Positions 34,695-45,710 of a DNA stretch of 64,000 nucleotides are shown one piece after another. Origin of the DNA: Candidatus Latescibacterota bacterium (GTDB lineage: Bacteria; Latescibacterota; UBA2968); contig OZ240241.1 in the NCBI GenBank assembly GCA_965198115.1, positions 1,024,001-1,088,000 on the forward strand. Reading direction: 5' to 3'. The translations under genes and the position numbers were made by a program. Positions within the stretch are counted from its first letter, which is position 1, and every line of letters starts with the position of its first letter. The notes beneath the pieces were generated by a model that saw nothing but the letters and a program-made list of their open reading frames with translations, did not search any database and had not been told where the DNA came from.

Positions 34695-35245
34695 TGCGTT
34701 TCGGCCGAGCTGCAACAGTCCGTCTTCTCGTGCTGGGGCTCGGAGTCGGCTGTGCTCAGGTCGACGAGGAACCACGAACCCAACCCGAAGCCGCTGACGA
34801 CACACCCGACCAGATTGCCCACGACGTCTCCCAGGTAGTTACACGCGACGGACGCAAACGGGCGGAGATTGTGGCTTCCCGTCTTCTCAAATACGAGGGG
34901 CAGCGACGGTCGGATCTGGAGGGAGGTGTCACGGTTCGGTTCTACTCGGGGAACGGGCGTTTGGTTTCGACCCTCGAAAGCCGGCGCGCGGTGATCGATG
35001 AGGGGGAGCGCGTGTTCACCGCAGTGGACAGTGTCGTTCTCGTCAGTCAGGACGGGACGGTACTGCATACCGACACCCTGCGCTGGGAAGAAGGAACCGA
35101 GAAGGTTTTCGGGCCGGGCCGTGTCACGATCGACCGGAAAGAAGGTCGGGAGGAGGGTGTCGGATTCGTTGCCGAATCGGATCTCTCGACCTGGACCCTC
35201 ACGGAAGTCGTGACGACGCTCGTTCCTGCGGACTCTGCGAGATAG
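34694..35245 (+). CDS. lptC: LPS export protein LptC
   Basis: N-terminal membrane/lipoprotein anchor, 'LHTDTLRW', position upstream of lptA/lptB. Confidence 0.85.
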
Positions 35246-35250
35246 AGGCC

Positions 35251-36525
35251 ATGCGTGCAAATATCCGATGCGAGACCGCCCTGATTTTCGTGGCGGTCTT
35301 TTTTTTGTTGGCGACGGCGCAGACCGCAGACGCCGACCGGCTCATTTCCGCCAAGAACAGTCGCACCACCCAAACGGCGATCGGCATCGAACGCATCTAC
35401 ACCGACAGCGTCCGCGCGGCGTTCGGAGCCATACGGGTCAGCGCGGATTCCGCCGTCGTTCGAACAGACGGAGATGACTACCTCTTTTTGTGGGGCGTTC
35501 GGCTTCGAGATGAGGAGCGTAGGATCCGTGCGGACGCCCTGACGTATGCGGCGGACGATTCGACCGCTCACTTCCGCGGCAACGTCCGGATCGAGGATGC
35601 TGGTCGGTCGGTGTTCGCCGAGCGGATCGATTACGACCTGGCGCGTCAGGTGTTGACCGCCACCTCAGGGGTCCGGCTTCTGCTTCGCGACCTTCGCTTG
35701 ACAGCGGAACGATGGTTTCACGACGCGAAGGTCGACACGGGTAGGCTCGAGCGGACAGTGGAGGTGCGACACGGATCGGGGCCCGATCCGATCTACCTGC
35801 GGGCGAATCGAGCGCGTCTGTCCACGCGGGCAGACACCGTCGACTTCGCCGGGGCCTGTCTGCTCACGGTGGGTGCCTATTCTGCTACGGGTGATAGTCT
35901 GACCTACGCGGCCGACAGGGGTTCGGCACGGCTGGCTGGATCGGCCCGCGTTGAATGGTCCACCGAAGGAAACGCGACGGACACGCACGTAGAGGGGCGG
36001 GAGATTCTGATCTCGCTGGATGGCGGGCGTCCGACGGGATTGACCGTCGACGGCCGGGCATCGATCCACTCGTCGAGAACGGCATCGGATTCGACGCGGC
36101 ACTTTCAGCTTCAGTCGGTTCGCGCAGAGATGGACTTCGCCGATGACCAGATGGCAATGATTCGGGCCGAGGATGATTGCGAGATGATGTTTCTGGGCGG
36201 GTCGGGTGACAGCACGTCGATGCGCGCAAAACGAGCAGACCTCGCGTTCGAGGTGGGGCAACTGACCCGGATCGACCTGACGATCGGAGTCGTGTCCCAT
36301 CACGCAAAAAAGCGGGCTCACCAGGTCGAAGGCGAGTATGTCACTCTCTTGTTTGAGCGGGAGCACATTCGGTCCGTGCAGGCCGATTCGTCCGCGACCT
36401 TTCGAGACCTCGACGGGGCCACCCATATCGTCTCCGATCGTCTCGAGTTGACCTTCGAGAACGGCGACCTAGCCTCGGCCCGGGCGGTGGGTGGTGTTTC
36501 TGGAGAAGTGGAGGAAGCCCCGTGA
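35251..36525 (+). CDS. Extended LptA/OstA-like beta-jellyroll protein
   Basis: Signal peptide, repeated 'IRADALTY...AHFRGNV'-type units; lies between lptC and lptB. Confidence 0.75.
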   Translation: MRANIRCETALIFVAVFFLLATAQTADADRLISAKNSRTTQTAIGIERIYTDSVRAAFGAIRVSADSAVVRTDGDDYLFLWGVRLRDEERRIRADALTYAADDSTAHFRGNVRIEDAGRSVFAERIDYDLARQVLTATSGVRLLLRDLRLTAERWFHDAKVDTGRLERTVEVRHGSGPDPIYLRANRARLSTRADTVDFAGACLLTVGAYSATGDSLTYAADRGSARLAGSARVEWSTEGNATDTHVEGREILISLDGGRPTGLTVDGRASIHSSRTASDSTRHFQLQSVRAEMDFADDQMAMIRAEDDCEMMFLGGSGDSTSMRAKRADLAFEVGQLTRIDLTIGVVSHHAKKRAHQVEGEYVTLLFEREHIRSVQADSSATFRDLDGATHIVSDRLELTFENGDLASARAVGGVSGEVEEAP

Positions 36526-37244
36526 CGATCCAGGCGCTCCAGCTAGTCAAGGACTACGACCGTCGACGCGTCGTCGATCACCTCGATTTGGAGGTGTCGG
36601 CCGGTGAGATCGTCGGTTTACTGGGCCCGAACGGAGCGGGAAAGACGACGACCTTCCACATGATCGTAGGCCTGATCGCCCCCCGATCAGGCCGCATCCT
36701 GCTCGGAGACGAGGATATCACCCAGATGCCGATGTATCGGCGAGCGCGCGCCGGGATCGGGTATCTCTCCCAGGAGCCTTCTGTTTTCCGAAAACTGACC
36801 GTGCGCCAGAATCTGCTCGCTGTGCTCGAAACGCTGTCCCTGGACGACGAAGAACGGCTAGCACGGTCCGACCGTCTGCTCGAGGAGTTGGGACTCCTGC
36901 ACCTCGGTGGGGCCCAAGCCGATCAGCTTTCCGGGGGCGAGGGGCGACGGCTCGAGATCTGTCGTGCGCTGGCTCGTGACCCGCGCTTCCTGCTGCTTGA
37001 CGAGCCATTTTCGGGGATCGATCCCAAAGCCGTCGAAGACATCCAGACGATCGTATCGGACCTGAAGGTGAGAGACATCGGCGTTCTGATCACGGATCAC
37101 AACGTCCGGGAAACGCTGGCCATTACCGATCGGAGCTACATCCTGTCGGAAGGAAGGATTCTGGCGTCGGGGACCGCTGTGGACCTGGCATCGGATCCCG
37201 AGGTTCGACGGGTCTACCTGGGTGAGCGATTTCGGCTCGATTGA
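36522..37244 (+). CDS. lptB: LPS export ABC transporter ATP-binding protein
   Basis: [44 protein letters not shown]. Confidence 0.96.
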   Translation: MTIQALQLVKDYDRRRVVDHLDLEVSAGEIVGLLGPNGAGKTTTFHMIVGLIAPRSGRILLGDEDITQMPMYRRARAGIGYLSQEPSVFRKLTVRQNLLAVLETLSLDDEERLARSDRLLEELGLLHLGGAQADQLSGGEGRRLEICRALARDPRFLLLDEPFSGIDPKAVEDIQTIVSDLKVRDIGVLITDHNVRETLAITDRSYILSEGRILASGTAVDLASDPEVRRVYLGERFRLD

Positions 37245-37463
37245 CGTCTGATTTTCGCCCTCACGTGTACAAAAGCGGTTGTGAATCCACCAACTTTGTT
37301 TATTCTATACTCGTTGGAACGATTTTTGTTGGGAACCCTTGGTCGATTCGAGCCGGAGGAGTCTGATCCGGGATACAGATCAGAGGACAGATGGGCCCGA
37401 ATATGCTGCACGGTGGAAACGATGATCCGTCCGGCTACGAGTAGAAAACCATAGAAACGAACG

Positions 37464-38960
37464 ATGATTCGTCTGACCCAGACAGCCTCTCTGCATCAAA
37501 AAATGGCTCCGCAGCTGATCCAGTCCCTGCGGCTGCTGCAGATGCCAACGCTGGAATTGGAGCAACTCATCCAGCAGGAGCTCGAAATCAACCCGCTCCT
37601 CGAACTGAACGAAGAGCAGGACGAGGATCAGGAGGAGTCGGAGGCGGAGCCTGAGGAAGAGACCGAAACCGAATCTACGGAGACAGAAGCGAGCGCCGAA
37701 GAGGAACAGCCTGAGGAAAACCCTGAGGACGAGAAGCTCGAAGAACTGGAGTTCGACGATTCCGACATGGCGGACGACAAGTTCGACGAGGAGGACTGGA
37801 ACGAGTATCTGAACGACTCGGGCTACGTGAGCACGCGCGAGGAGTTCGACCCCAATGTCGAGGAGTGGGACAATCAGGGGGCTTCCCAGATCAGCCTCGA
37901 AGCCTCACTCAGGGAACAGTTCCTGCTAACGGAACTCACGGCCGACGAACGTCAGATCGGTGAATACATCATCGGGAACATCGACGAAGATGGATTCCTG
38001 CACACACCGGTCGAGGATATCGCCGATGTGCTCGACGTCGAGGTCGAGCTGGTCGAGAAGGTCTTGTCCGTGATTCATACGTTCGAGCCGTCGGGGGTGG
38101 GCGCCAGAGATCTCAGAGAGTGCCTCCTCATCCAACTCGAGGAGCAGGGCTACGAGGGCGACCTGTCGATGATCATCGTTCAAGATCATCTTGACGACTG
38201 GATCAATCGTCGCTACAGTCGGGTCTGCCGGGCGCTCGGCATCGACAAAGAAGAATTGACGGAGGTCCAGGAAATCATCGCGGGGCTTGACCCCAAACCG
38301 GGTTTCACACCGGAGCCACGGGTCAACTTTAACCTTGTCGTACCCGACCTCGAAGTGACCAAAGTCGGCGAGGAGTACGTCGTCACCCTCACAGACCGGA
38401 ACGCACCCACCCTTCGTGTGAGTCCGATCTACAGGGAGCTCCTGAGCGGATCGGAGAAGTCGGGCAAAGAGGCGAAGAAGTTCGTCGTCGATCGGCTGAA
38501 TTCGGCACGATGGTTCATCCAGGCCATCAACCAGCGGCGCACGACCATGGTTCGAGTCATGCGCTGTATCGTTCAGAATCAACGTGAATTCTTCGACCAC
38601 GGTGTGGGCCATCTCCGACCGATGGTTTTGCAAGAAGTGGCCGATAAGGTGGGGATGCACGTCTCTACGATCAGCCGCGTCAGCAACGGGAAGTATGTTC
38701 AGACGCCGCACGGCGTCTTCGAGCTGAAGTATTTCTTCGACGGAGGGCTGAGCACCGAGGAAGGCGAGGACATCTCTGCCAAGACGGTCAAGGACAAGAT
38801 CAGCACCCTCATTCAGGACGAAGACGCACGAAGTCCTCTAAGTGACCAGAAAATTGCCGATATCTTGAAGAAAGAAGGAATCGATATCGCACGACGCACG
38901 GTCGCCAAGTATCGTGCTCAACTGAACATCAACCCTGCACGCTACCGGAAAACGATTTAG
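37464..38960 (+). CDS. rpoN: RNA polymerase sigma-54 factor
   Basis: Q/L-rich region I, HVSTISR, RpoN box ARRTVAKYR. Confidence 0.98.
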   Translation: MIRLTQTASLHQKMAPQLIQSLRLLQMPTLELEQLIQQELEINPLLELNEEQDEDQEESEAEPEEETETESTETEASAEEEQPEENPEDEKLEELEFDDSDMADDKFDEEDWNEYLNDSGYVSTREEFDPNVEEWDNQGASQISLEASLREQFLLTELTADERQIGEYIIGNIDEDGFLHTPVEDIADVLDVEVELVEKVLSVIHTFEPSGVGARDLRECLLIQLEEQGYEGDLSMIIVQDHLDDWINRRYSRVCRALGIDKEELTEVQEIIAGLDPKPGFTPEPRVNFNLVVPDLEVTKVGEEYVVTLTDRNAPTLRVSPIYRELLSGSEKSGKEAKKFVVDRLNSARWFIQAINQRRTTMVRVMRCIVQNQREFFDHGVGHLRPMVLQEVADKVGMHVSTISRVSNGKYVQTPHGVFELKYFFDGGLSTEEGEDISAKTVKDKISTLIQDEDARSPLSDQKIADILKKEGIDIARRTVAKYRAQLNINPARYRKTI

Positions 38961-38981
38961 ACGGATCAAAGGCGGACATCT

Positions 38982-39305
38982 ATGGACTTCATATTCATCG
39001 GGCTTTCGTTGGGTTGCGCTGGCTTCCTTGCCAAGATCGTCCTGGACTACCTCAATGAGGTGCCCGTGTGGAAAGATAAAATCCACACAGCCGACATGGA
39101 GATCGAGCACTTCACGTCTCAACTCCAGGCGCTGACTCAGGAAAAGGAGAGCACGGCCGCGCAATCCAAAACGATCGACGATGACATCAAGAAAATGGAA
39201 TCAATGGCAACCGAACTGAAGGTGGAAATCGAAAAGACGAAAAAGGAAATGGCGCGGAAGGGTAAAATCATCATGCGCCGCCAGCCCGACGAAGAGCAAC
39301 GGTAG
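38982..39305 (+). CDS. Hypothetical membrane-anchored coiled-coil protein
   Basis: N-terminal TM segment then heptad-rich helix. Confidence 0.7.
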   Translation: MDFIFIGLSLGCAGFLAKIVLDYLNEVPVWKDKIHTADMEIEHFTSQLQALTQEKESTAAQSKTIDDDIKKMESMATELKVEIEKTKKEMARKGKIIMRRQPDEEQR

Positions 39306-39327
39306 TTCCCCGCTCGACCTTCTTCTG

Positions 39328-40158
39328 GTGTCCCGGTCTCTCGTCCTTGGTTTGATCCTGCTGTGCAGCTGTGGCGATGCCCGCTATCGCCTCGATGGAA
39401 GAATCCCTCCCACATCTGGCCGCGTCGCCCTACTCGACAGCGCTGCGACAGGCAAAGTCGAGCGACTCCACCTTCTTTTTTCCTCCGCGCAGGACTCTAC
39501 TGAGCGAATCGCCGAACGGGAAATCGCCGACATCCTTAGCCGTCTGAGCGAATCCGAAGACGATCTCCGCTCTTCCCGACGCAGGCTGAACGATGCGTCG
39601 ACACGCTATCGCAAGACCTTCGAACGAATCAAGGGTTTCGAATCCTTCGGCGGCAATCGGATCTTCACCGATGCGGACCAGCGGGTTTCTACGAAGAACC
39701 TGCTATCGGAGATCGCAGACCGATTCTACAAGGGGAAGGCTTTTTCGCTCGAAACCGGCGGAGAGATACGCACCTTTATCAGGGAGTCGTTGGTTCCGGC
39801 TGAACGAAGGGTGACGCGGGCGCGACGTGCCCTTAAGCGCGTCGAGGCGGGTAGGCAGGACGACGAGGCTACGATCGTGAAGCGACGTGAGACACTGAAG
39901 GATGAGCGAGCCGGGTTGGTCGTCATCTACAACCAGCGAATCCTCGATACGCTGACGGGCGCTGTGCTCGCGGTCGCTCCTGCCGACTCGAGCGGTTACT
40001 ACCGGTTCGACACCCTGTCACCGGCCCGATACCATCTCTACCTCGAATCACCCGGCCACGTTCTGACGACGATTGACCTCCGCACGCACAGTCGTCGTGA
40101 TCTGTCTGCCGGACCAGAGCACTCGCCCTTGCTCGGGGGAGCGAATCAGGCGCTCTGA
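39328..40158 (+). CDS. Hypothetical lipoprotein (coiled coil plus carboxypeptidase-regulatory-like C-terminus)
   Basis: Lipobox-like LLCSC; 'DSSGYYRFDTLSPARYHL'. Confidence 0.6.
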   Translation: MSRSLVLGLILLCSCGDARYRLDGRIPPTSGRVALLDSAATGKVERLHLLFSSAQDSTERIAEREIADILSRLSESEDDLRSSRRRLNDASTRYRKTFERIKGFESFGGNRIFTDADQRVSTKNLLSEIADRFYKGKAFSLETGGEIRTFIRESLVPAERRVTRARRALKRVEAGRQDDEATIVKRRETLKDERAGLVVIYNQRILDTLTGAVLAVAPADSSGYYRFDTLSPARYHLYLESPGHVLTTIDLRTHSRRDLSAGPEHSPLLGGANQAL

Positions 40159-40928
40159 ACGGTGCTGATCTCGTCCTCGGAAATCTTGTGGACGCTCTTG
40201 GGATTGAACGTTTGCTGCGTATCCACACGAATGGCCACTTCGATACGCCCTCCGGTCAGGACAAAGAACTGGATGAGAAACCCGCCGCCCTGCATGGTCT
40301 CGACCAGGTAGTCGTCCTCGTCCAACCCCGCCATCCAACCTTTCAGCTTCACGTCGAACTCGGGATCGTCCACGACCTCGGGCGGTAAAGCGGCGATCAG
40401 CGTACCTGGCTGTTCACCGATGGCGGCGCCGATCCGGTTCCGCGCGTCGATCGCGAAAGGGATCAGACGAGTGGCATAGTCGACGTTGTCGTCCCCGTTG
40501 CGTTCGGGGGGAACGACGCCCCAGGTCAGGTGGTGGATGAACGGATTGCCGTAACCCTGGCTGAGCATCTGTTCGCGTGCCGGCTCGTCGACGGGGTGGA
40601 CCACGGCCACGTATCGGAACCACCCCTTGTCTGCCGCGGGATGACCGTCGGGCAAGCCCGATGGCACGTTGATGTAGTCCTGACCGTCGACAGGTGAGGG
40701 ATAGCAGCGCGAATCCCAGCCGGCCACGTAACCGACGGATTTGAGCGGTCCCGCGAGCAGATGGGGAGGATCGACGAAGATCGCGGCGTGATCCATGTTC
40801 GGAAACAGGGCGATCCCTCCCTTCGACACGCAGTCTGCAACGTGGACGGCCTCTTTGAACCGTTCCTCGGCATTCTGGATCTGCAAATAGTCGGAAAAAT
40901 CCGCGGGCAAACGGGGCTGTTCAGACAT
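40146..40928 (-). CDS. Hypothetical protein, possible VOC-fold (HPPD/DUF1338-like) metalloenzyme
   Basis: GGAGG RBS; DHAAI, IHHLTWG, LIQFF...IEVAIR motifs. Confidence 0.65.
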   Translation of the reverse strand: MSEQPRLPADFSDYLQIQNAEERFKEAVHVADCVSKGGIALFPNMDHAAIFVDPPHLLAGPLKSVGYVAGWDSRCYPSPVDGQDYINVPSGLPDGHPAADKGWFRYVAVVHPVDEPAREQMLSQGYGNPFIHHLTWGVVPPERNGDDNVDYATRLIPFAIDARNRIGAAIGEQPGTLIAALPPEVVDDPEFDVKLKGWMAGLDEDDYLVETMQGGGFLIQFFVLTGGRIEVAIRVDTQQTFNPKSVHKISEDEISTVQSA

Positions 40929-41141
40929 TTGTAGCCTCCATGCGTGAGTCTATCGACTCTTCATAGAATCAGTCGCGGGTCTACCCTGTCAAGGGGTTCG
41001 TGTCCGAAGACAACCACGACACGGGAGGATTTCCGCCAAGGCCAAACCCCACATCGACCATCCATCTGGGAATCGCAAAGGTAAGTTGTTTTAAAACAAA
41101 ATTTGTGTAATATTCAGGGCCGGTGTCAATCCCAAGTCTTT

Positions 41142-41156
41142 TGGCACGCATTCTGC
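41142..41156 (+). promoter_or_regulatory. Sigma54 -24/-12 promoter
   Basis: TGGCACGCATTCTGC with canonical GG-N10-GC spacing, AT-rich upstream, 17 bp before ATG 41174. Confidence 0.7.
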
Positions 41157-41173
41157 GATATTTAGATACCCGT

Positions 41174-43400
41174 ATGGCCTCTTCGACCCAAAACGGTAAA
41201 TCTGCGAAGCGCGTTCTGGCGCTCGACGACGACGGGACCATCCTCAAGGTCATGGAGAGCGCCCTGACGATGGAGGGCTACGAATCCGTCACGGCCTCAC
41301 AGTGGGTCGAAGCTCTCGACGCTATCGAGGAGCGACAGCCGGATTTACTTCTCCTCGACCTCCAGATGCCCCACGTGGACGGGATCTTTCTGCTCGAGTG
41401 GATGAGAGAGCAGAAAATGGATGTCCCCGTGATCGTCGTGTCGGCCTACCTCGACGACGACTCGGTCGCCCGGTTTAAAGAACTCGGCGTCAAGCGACTG
41501 ATCTGGAAACCCTTCAACGTGGCCAACCTGATCGAGGAAGTCGAAGCCTGCATCGGTCCATCCGGCAGGGAAACTCCGCAGCCGGTCACTGAAGAAGCCG
41601 TTGCGATCGAGCCGCCCCCCCGAGATCCCCGAACCCGACGGCGAGAGCAGACTACTGGGCCGACGCCGAAGGCGTCGCCGATCCGGCCGTTCTCGCCGTT
41701 CCAAGCGTGTCGAACGACGGCGAACCGTCAAGTATCTGACGGTCGTCGCGGTACTCTGTCTGCTCGTTTCGGCCATAACCGTCGTGGCACGTCATATGGC
41801 CAGCAGCCTGACCGAAATCGTCGACACGGGCACCTCGGATCCGCGTGGATCGCGCGACGTGATCCAGGAGTTGATCCGTGCGCAGGTCCGGGCGCAGATC
41901 AAAGAAGACATGAGCAAGCGTGCGGCCCCGCCCAAGCCCGTTGAACTCAAGCTCCAGAAGAAAAAGGCTATATCCGGATCTCTCAACGAGATGAAGTGGG
42001 TGAAGGTGCCGTGGTTCCTGGCATGGGGGCGCGGTTAGAGTGTGCGGAACCTCTTCGGAATCTGCTCAGGGATGTTTATGTCTCCGACGGTAAGGAAGAT
42101 CATATCGTTGAATGCGTCGAGTGTGCGGAATCCGCTGGCTCGGTTCTTGACGATTTGGACGATTCGGTTGAGGCCTTCGGCGATGGCGTTGGTAAGACGC
42201 GTGTTCACGAATGCGAGGACGCCGAAGAAGTGCTGTCGCAGGGTCCTGACGAACTTTCGCAGGGGTTCAAGTCGACTTCTGAGTGCGGACGTCGTCCAGC
42301 ATTTCAGGAAGCGTTCGGCAGCCCAGGGCGCTTTGTATTCCCAGAACTGCTCGAACTCGTCCTTGAGTCTCCAGGCTCTATAGATTCGGTAGTTCGCCTT
42401 CTCCAGTGCTTTGAGTGTCCGAGTATCCCCTCTGGAGCGTGTCGCTGAGTGCCGGTAGAGGAGCCATCGGAGGCCCTTCATGGCTTTGCGCTCATCCGGG
42501 GCAGCTTTACGCCACTGGTCCTTACGGACCTCGTCAACGGCGGCATTGAGAGCCTTGACGATGTGAAAGCGATCGAGGACCAGCTTGGCATTCGGACAGT
42601 GTTCCTGGATGGCTCCGATGTAAGCTTCGCTCATGTCGCAGCAGGCCCACTCGATCTTGGATCTCCGGTAGGGACTGAGAGCCTCTGTGAAGAACCGATC
42701 GATCGTTTTACGCGCCCTGCCGCGGCCAACCCACACCACGCAGGAGCGGTCCAGATCGTAAACGAGCGTGGCGTACCTGTGACGCTTGGCGTAGGAGATC
42801 TCGTCGATCCCGATGGTTTTGAGCCCTCGGATACGATGACCTTCACGAAGCCGCGTGATGGATCGGTGAAGGAGATCCGACAGCGTCGAGGCAGAGATGC
42901 GCAGTAACTCGGACGCCGCCTTCTGCGTCATGGTCTGGCAGTAGCGCAGCATGGCATACTCGAAGCGATACGTCACCCGAGAGAACCGCTCCGCCCACGG
43001 AATCTCCTCGACCACACGACCGTGGGTAGGACACCGAATCTCCCGAGGATGGTAGAGAAGCCAGACCCTCCACCCGCACACCGGAATGTCACGCCACCGA
43101 CGCGGATGGGGCATTGTGCGGACGATTTTACCTCGACGGCCGCACTCCGGACAACAACAACCATTCTTATGTGGCTTTACGGCGATGACGAAACAGCTTC
43201 TCCCCTCAAACCACCAGCTGACAACACGGAACCCCTTGAATCTCAGCAGTTTCGATAGTAATCTGCTCCCGGTCATAGGTCGCACCCCCTTCGCTTTGAT
43301 TGTCCTACACACACAACCAAGCGTAGGGAACGATCTATGACCTTGTCATTCTATAGTTTCACCGTTGAGAAACCCGGATAGAGCCAAGAAAAAGAAGTAG
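41174..43400 (+). CDS. Receiver domain - Arg-rich linker - TM protein; frameshift ~41615; last codons displaced by ISL3 copy 2
   Basis: LDDD, LLDLQMPHVDG, KPF; the native end ...LQKKKK* (TAG 43398-43400) is restored on IS removal. Confidence 0.75.
41966..43385 (-). mobile_element. ISL3-family IS, copy 2 (1420 bp)
   Basis: Same IRs as copy 1; TSD AAGAAAAA (41958-41965, 43386-43393). Confidence 0.97.
42035..43312 (-). CDS. ISL3 transposase (intact)
   Basis: Uninterrupted 425-aa ORF with zf-ISL3, HTH and DDE motifs. Confidence 0.95.
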   Translation of the reverse strand: MCRTIKAKGVRPMTGSRLLSKLLRFKGFRVVSWWFEGRSCFVIAVKPHKNGCCCPECGRRGKIVRTMPHPRRWRDIPVCGWRVWLLYHPREIRCPTHGRVVEEIPWAERFSRVTYRFEYAMLRYCQTMTQKAASELLRISASTLSDLLHRSITRLREGHRIRGLKTIGIDEISYAKRHRYATLVYDLDRSCVVWVGRGRARKTIDRFFTEALSPYRRSKIEWACCDMSEAYIGAIQEHCPNAKLVLDRFHIVKALNAAVDEVRKDQWRKAAPDERKAMKGLRWLLYRHSATRSRGDTRTLKALEKANYRIYRAWRLKDEFEQFWEYKAPWAAERFLKCWTTSALRSRLEPLRKFVRTLRQHFFGVLAFVNTRLTNAIAEGLNRIVQIVKNRASGFRTLDAFNDMIFLTVGDINIPEQIPKRFRTL

Positions 43401-43404
43401 CCGC

Positions 43405-44088
43405 ATGACGGAGACGCAGGCAGACCTGCCCTCACAGGTCGCTGGGACGGTTCTCGTCGTCGATGACGATCCCCTCGTTCTTCTTCAGGCCCTTCAGCAT
43501 CTGCTGTCGCGAATGGGGCTCAACGGTGTCTGTGCGAGCCAGTGGGCGACGGCTATGGAGGCGATCGAACGTGAAAACCCGGACCTGATTCTCCTGGACG
43601 TTCGAATGCCCACTGTCGACGGCCCCACCATGCTGTCTTTCCTTCGGGAGCAGGGTGTCGACGCTCCGGTGTTCATCGTTTCGGCCTCTTTAGACGAAAT
43701 CGACCTGAACGACATGCGTGCTCTGGGTGTACTCCAGTTTGTGCCCAAACCGTTCTCGGTCGAGCGTCTCAAAACCCTGATTGAAGAGGAATTGCGGAAC
43801 GCGTGTGTATCCGAGTCCGTCGGCGTCGGGACTTCGAGACGATCCGGATCCAAACCAGGCCACCGCCCGGTCTCATCCAGTCGATCGGTCATGGGCAGAC
43901 GCTGGAAGCCGAAGTGGGGGAGGCGCAAGCAAACGCTTCGTCATCTCCTCGTCGTCGGCATCGCGTGCCTGTCGATGTCGATCGTGTTTCTGTTCGTGCA
44001 TTTCGTGTTTAACTCCGGCGCGATCCTCGCGCTGAGGGAGGCCATCCACCAGAATCTCAGAGCACAGACAGAGATGGTCCAGGAATAA
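43405..44088 (+). CDS. Receiver domain - basic linker - TM protein (paralog of 41174)
   Basis: VDDD, ASQW..A..AIE...PDL.LLD..MP.VDG shared with the upstream paralog; C-terminal TM helix. Confidence 0.8.
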   Translation: MTETQADLPSQVAGTVLVVDDDPLVLLQALQHLLSRMGLNGVCASQWATAMEAIERENPDLILLDVRMPTVDGPTMLSFLREQGVDAPVFIVSASLDEIDLNDMRALGVLQFVPKPFSVERLKTLIEEELRNACVSESVGVGTSRRSGSKPGHRPVSSSRSVMGRRWKPKWGRRKQTLRHLLVVGIACLSMSIVFLFVHFVFNSGAILALREAIHQNLRAQTEMVQE

Positions 44089-44114
44089 GGCAGACGACGA
44101 GACGATGGCTTTAC

Positions 44115-44143
44115 GCCTCTCCGCTGAGCGGGGAGGCTTTTTT
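44115..44143 (+). terminator. Intrinsic terminator (its T-tract is the ISL3 target)
   Basis: GCCTCTCCGCTGAGCGGGGAGGC-TTTTTT. Confidence 0.8.
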
Positions 44144-44145
44144 AT

Positions 44146-45565
44146 GGCTATATCCGGATCTCTCAACGAGCTGAAGTGGGTGAAGGTGCCGTGGTTCCTG
44201 GCATGGGGGCGCGGTTAGAGTGTGCGGAACCTCTTCGGAATCTGCTCAGGGATGTTTATGTCTCCGACGGTAAGGAAGATCATATCGTTGAATGCGTCGA
44301 GTGTGCGGAATCCGCTGGCTCGGTTCTTGACGATTTGGACGATTCGGTTGAGGCCTTCGGCGATGGCGTTGGTAAGACGCGTGTTCACGAATGCGAGGAC
44401 GCCGAAGAAGTGCTGTCGCAGGGTCCTGACGAACTTTCGCAGGGGTTCAAGTCGACTTCTGAGTGCGGACGTCGTCCAGCATTTCAGGAAGCGTTCGGCA
44501 GCCCAGGGCGCTTTGTATTCCCAGAACTGCTCGAACTCGTCCTTGAGTCTCCAGGCTCTATAGATTCGGTAGTTCGCCTTCTCCAGTGCTTTGAGTGTCC
44601 GGGTATCCCCTCCGGAGCGTGTCGCTGAGTGCCGGTAGAGGAGCCATCGGAGGCCCTTCATGGCTTTGCGCTCATCCGGGGCAGCTTTACGCCACTGGTC
44701 CTTACGGACCTCGTCAACGGCGGCATTGAGAGCCTTGACGATGTGAAAGCGATCGAGGACCAGCTTGGCATTCGGACAGTGTTCCTGGATGGCTCCGATG
44801 TAAGCTTCGCTCATGTCGCAGCAGGCCCACTCGATCTTGGATCTCCGGTAGGGACTGAGAGCCTCTGTGAAGAACCGATCGATCGTTTTACGCGCCCTGC
44901 CGCGGCCAACCCACACCACGCAGGAGCGGTCCAGATCGTAAACGAGCGTGGCGTACCTGTGACGCTTGGCGTAGGAGATCTCGTCGATCCCGATGGTTTT
45001 GAGCCCTCGGATACGATGACCTTCACGAAGCCGCGTGATGGATCGGTGAAGGAGATCCGACAGCGTCGAGGCAGAGATGCGCAGTAACTCGGACGCCGCC
45101 TTCTGCGTCATGGTCTGGCAGTAGCGCAGCATGGCATACTCGAAGCGATACGTCACCCGAGAGAACCGCTCCGCCCACGGAATCTCCTCGACCACACGAC
45201 CGTGGGTAGGACACCGAATCTCCCGAGGATGGTAGAGAAGCCAGACCCTCCACCCGCACACCGGAATGTCACGCCACCGACGCGGATGGGGCATTGTGCG
45301 GACGATTTTACCTCGACGGCCGCACTCCGGACAACAACAACCATTCTTATGTGGCTTTACGGCGATGACGAAGCAGCTTCTCCCCTCAAACCACCAGCTG
45401 ACAACACGGAACCCCTTGAATCTCAGCAGTTTCGATAGTAATCTGCTCCCGGTCATAGGTCGCACCCCCTTCGCTTTGATTGTCCTACACACACAACCAA
45501 GCGTAGGGAACGATCTATGACCTTGTCATTCTATAGTTTCACCGTTGAGAAACCCGGATAGAGCC
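44146..45565 (-). mobile_element. ISL3-family IS, copy 3 (1420 bp)
   Basis: Same IRs; TSD TTTTTTAT (44138-44145, 45566-45573); a few SNPs versus copy 2. Confidence 0.97.
44215..45492 (-). CDS. ISL3 transposase (intact)
   Basis: 425-aa ORF near-identical to 42035-43312. Confidence 0.95.
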   Translation of the reverse strand: MCRTIKAKGVRPMTGSRLLSKLLRFKGFRVVSWWFEGRSCFVIAVKPHKNGCCCPECGRRGKIVRTMPHPRRWRDIPVCGWRVWLLYHPREIRCPTHGRVVEEIPWAERFSRVTYRFEYAMLRYCQTMTQKAASELLRISASTLSDLLHRSITRLREGHRIRGLKTIGIDEISYAKRHRYATLVYDLDRSCVVWVGRGRARKTIDRFFTEALSPYRRSKIEWACCDMSEAYIGAIQEHCPNAKLVLDRFHIVKALNAAVDEVRKDQWRKAAPDERKAMKGLRWLLYRHSATRSGGDTRTLKALEKANYRIYRAWRLKDEFEQFWEYKAPWAAERFLKCWTTSALRSRLEPLRKFVRTLRQHFFGVLAFVNTRLTNAIAEGLNRIVQIVKNRASGFRTLDAFNDMIFLTVGDINIPEQIPKRFRTL

Positions 45566-45695
45566 TTTTTTATGCAAGGTAGGATCAGGTCCGTGCCCGA
45601 ATGGAAAAGACTCTTCAATATTCGTGGGGGAGCAGGAACGGATAGGATCGCCACTGTTCATTCTGACACAATAAGTTGTACGGATTGGATACGGG

Positions 45696-45710
45696 TGGCA
45701 CTCCACTTGC
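45696..45710 (+). promoter_or_regulatory. Sigma54 -24/-12 promoter of the lamin-tail operon (now separated by IS256)
   Basis: TGGCAC-TCCAC-TTGC, an exact TGGCAC-N5-TTGC match 14 bp before the duplicated ATG (45725). Confidence 0.75.

Noticed and set aside
41966-45565. Composite transposon of two ISL3 copies around a response regulator
   Set aside because: Each copy has its own TSD (AAGAAAAA, TTTTTTAT) and the enclosed gene is the native tandem paralog, so these are independent insertions.
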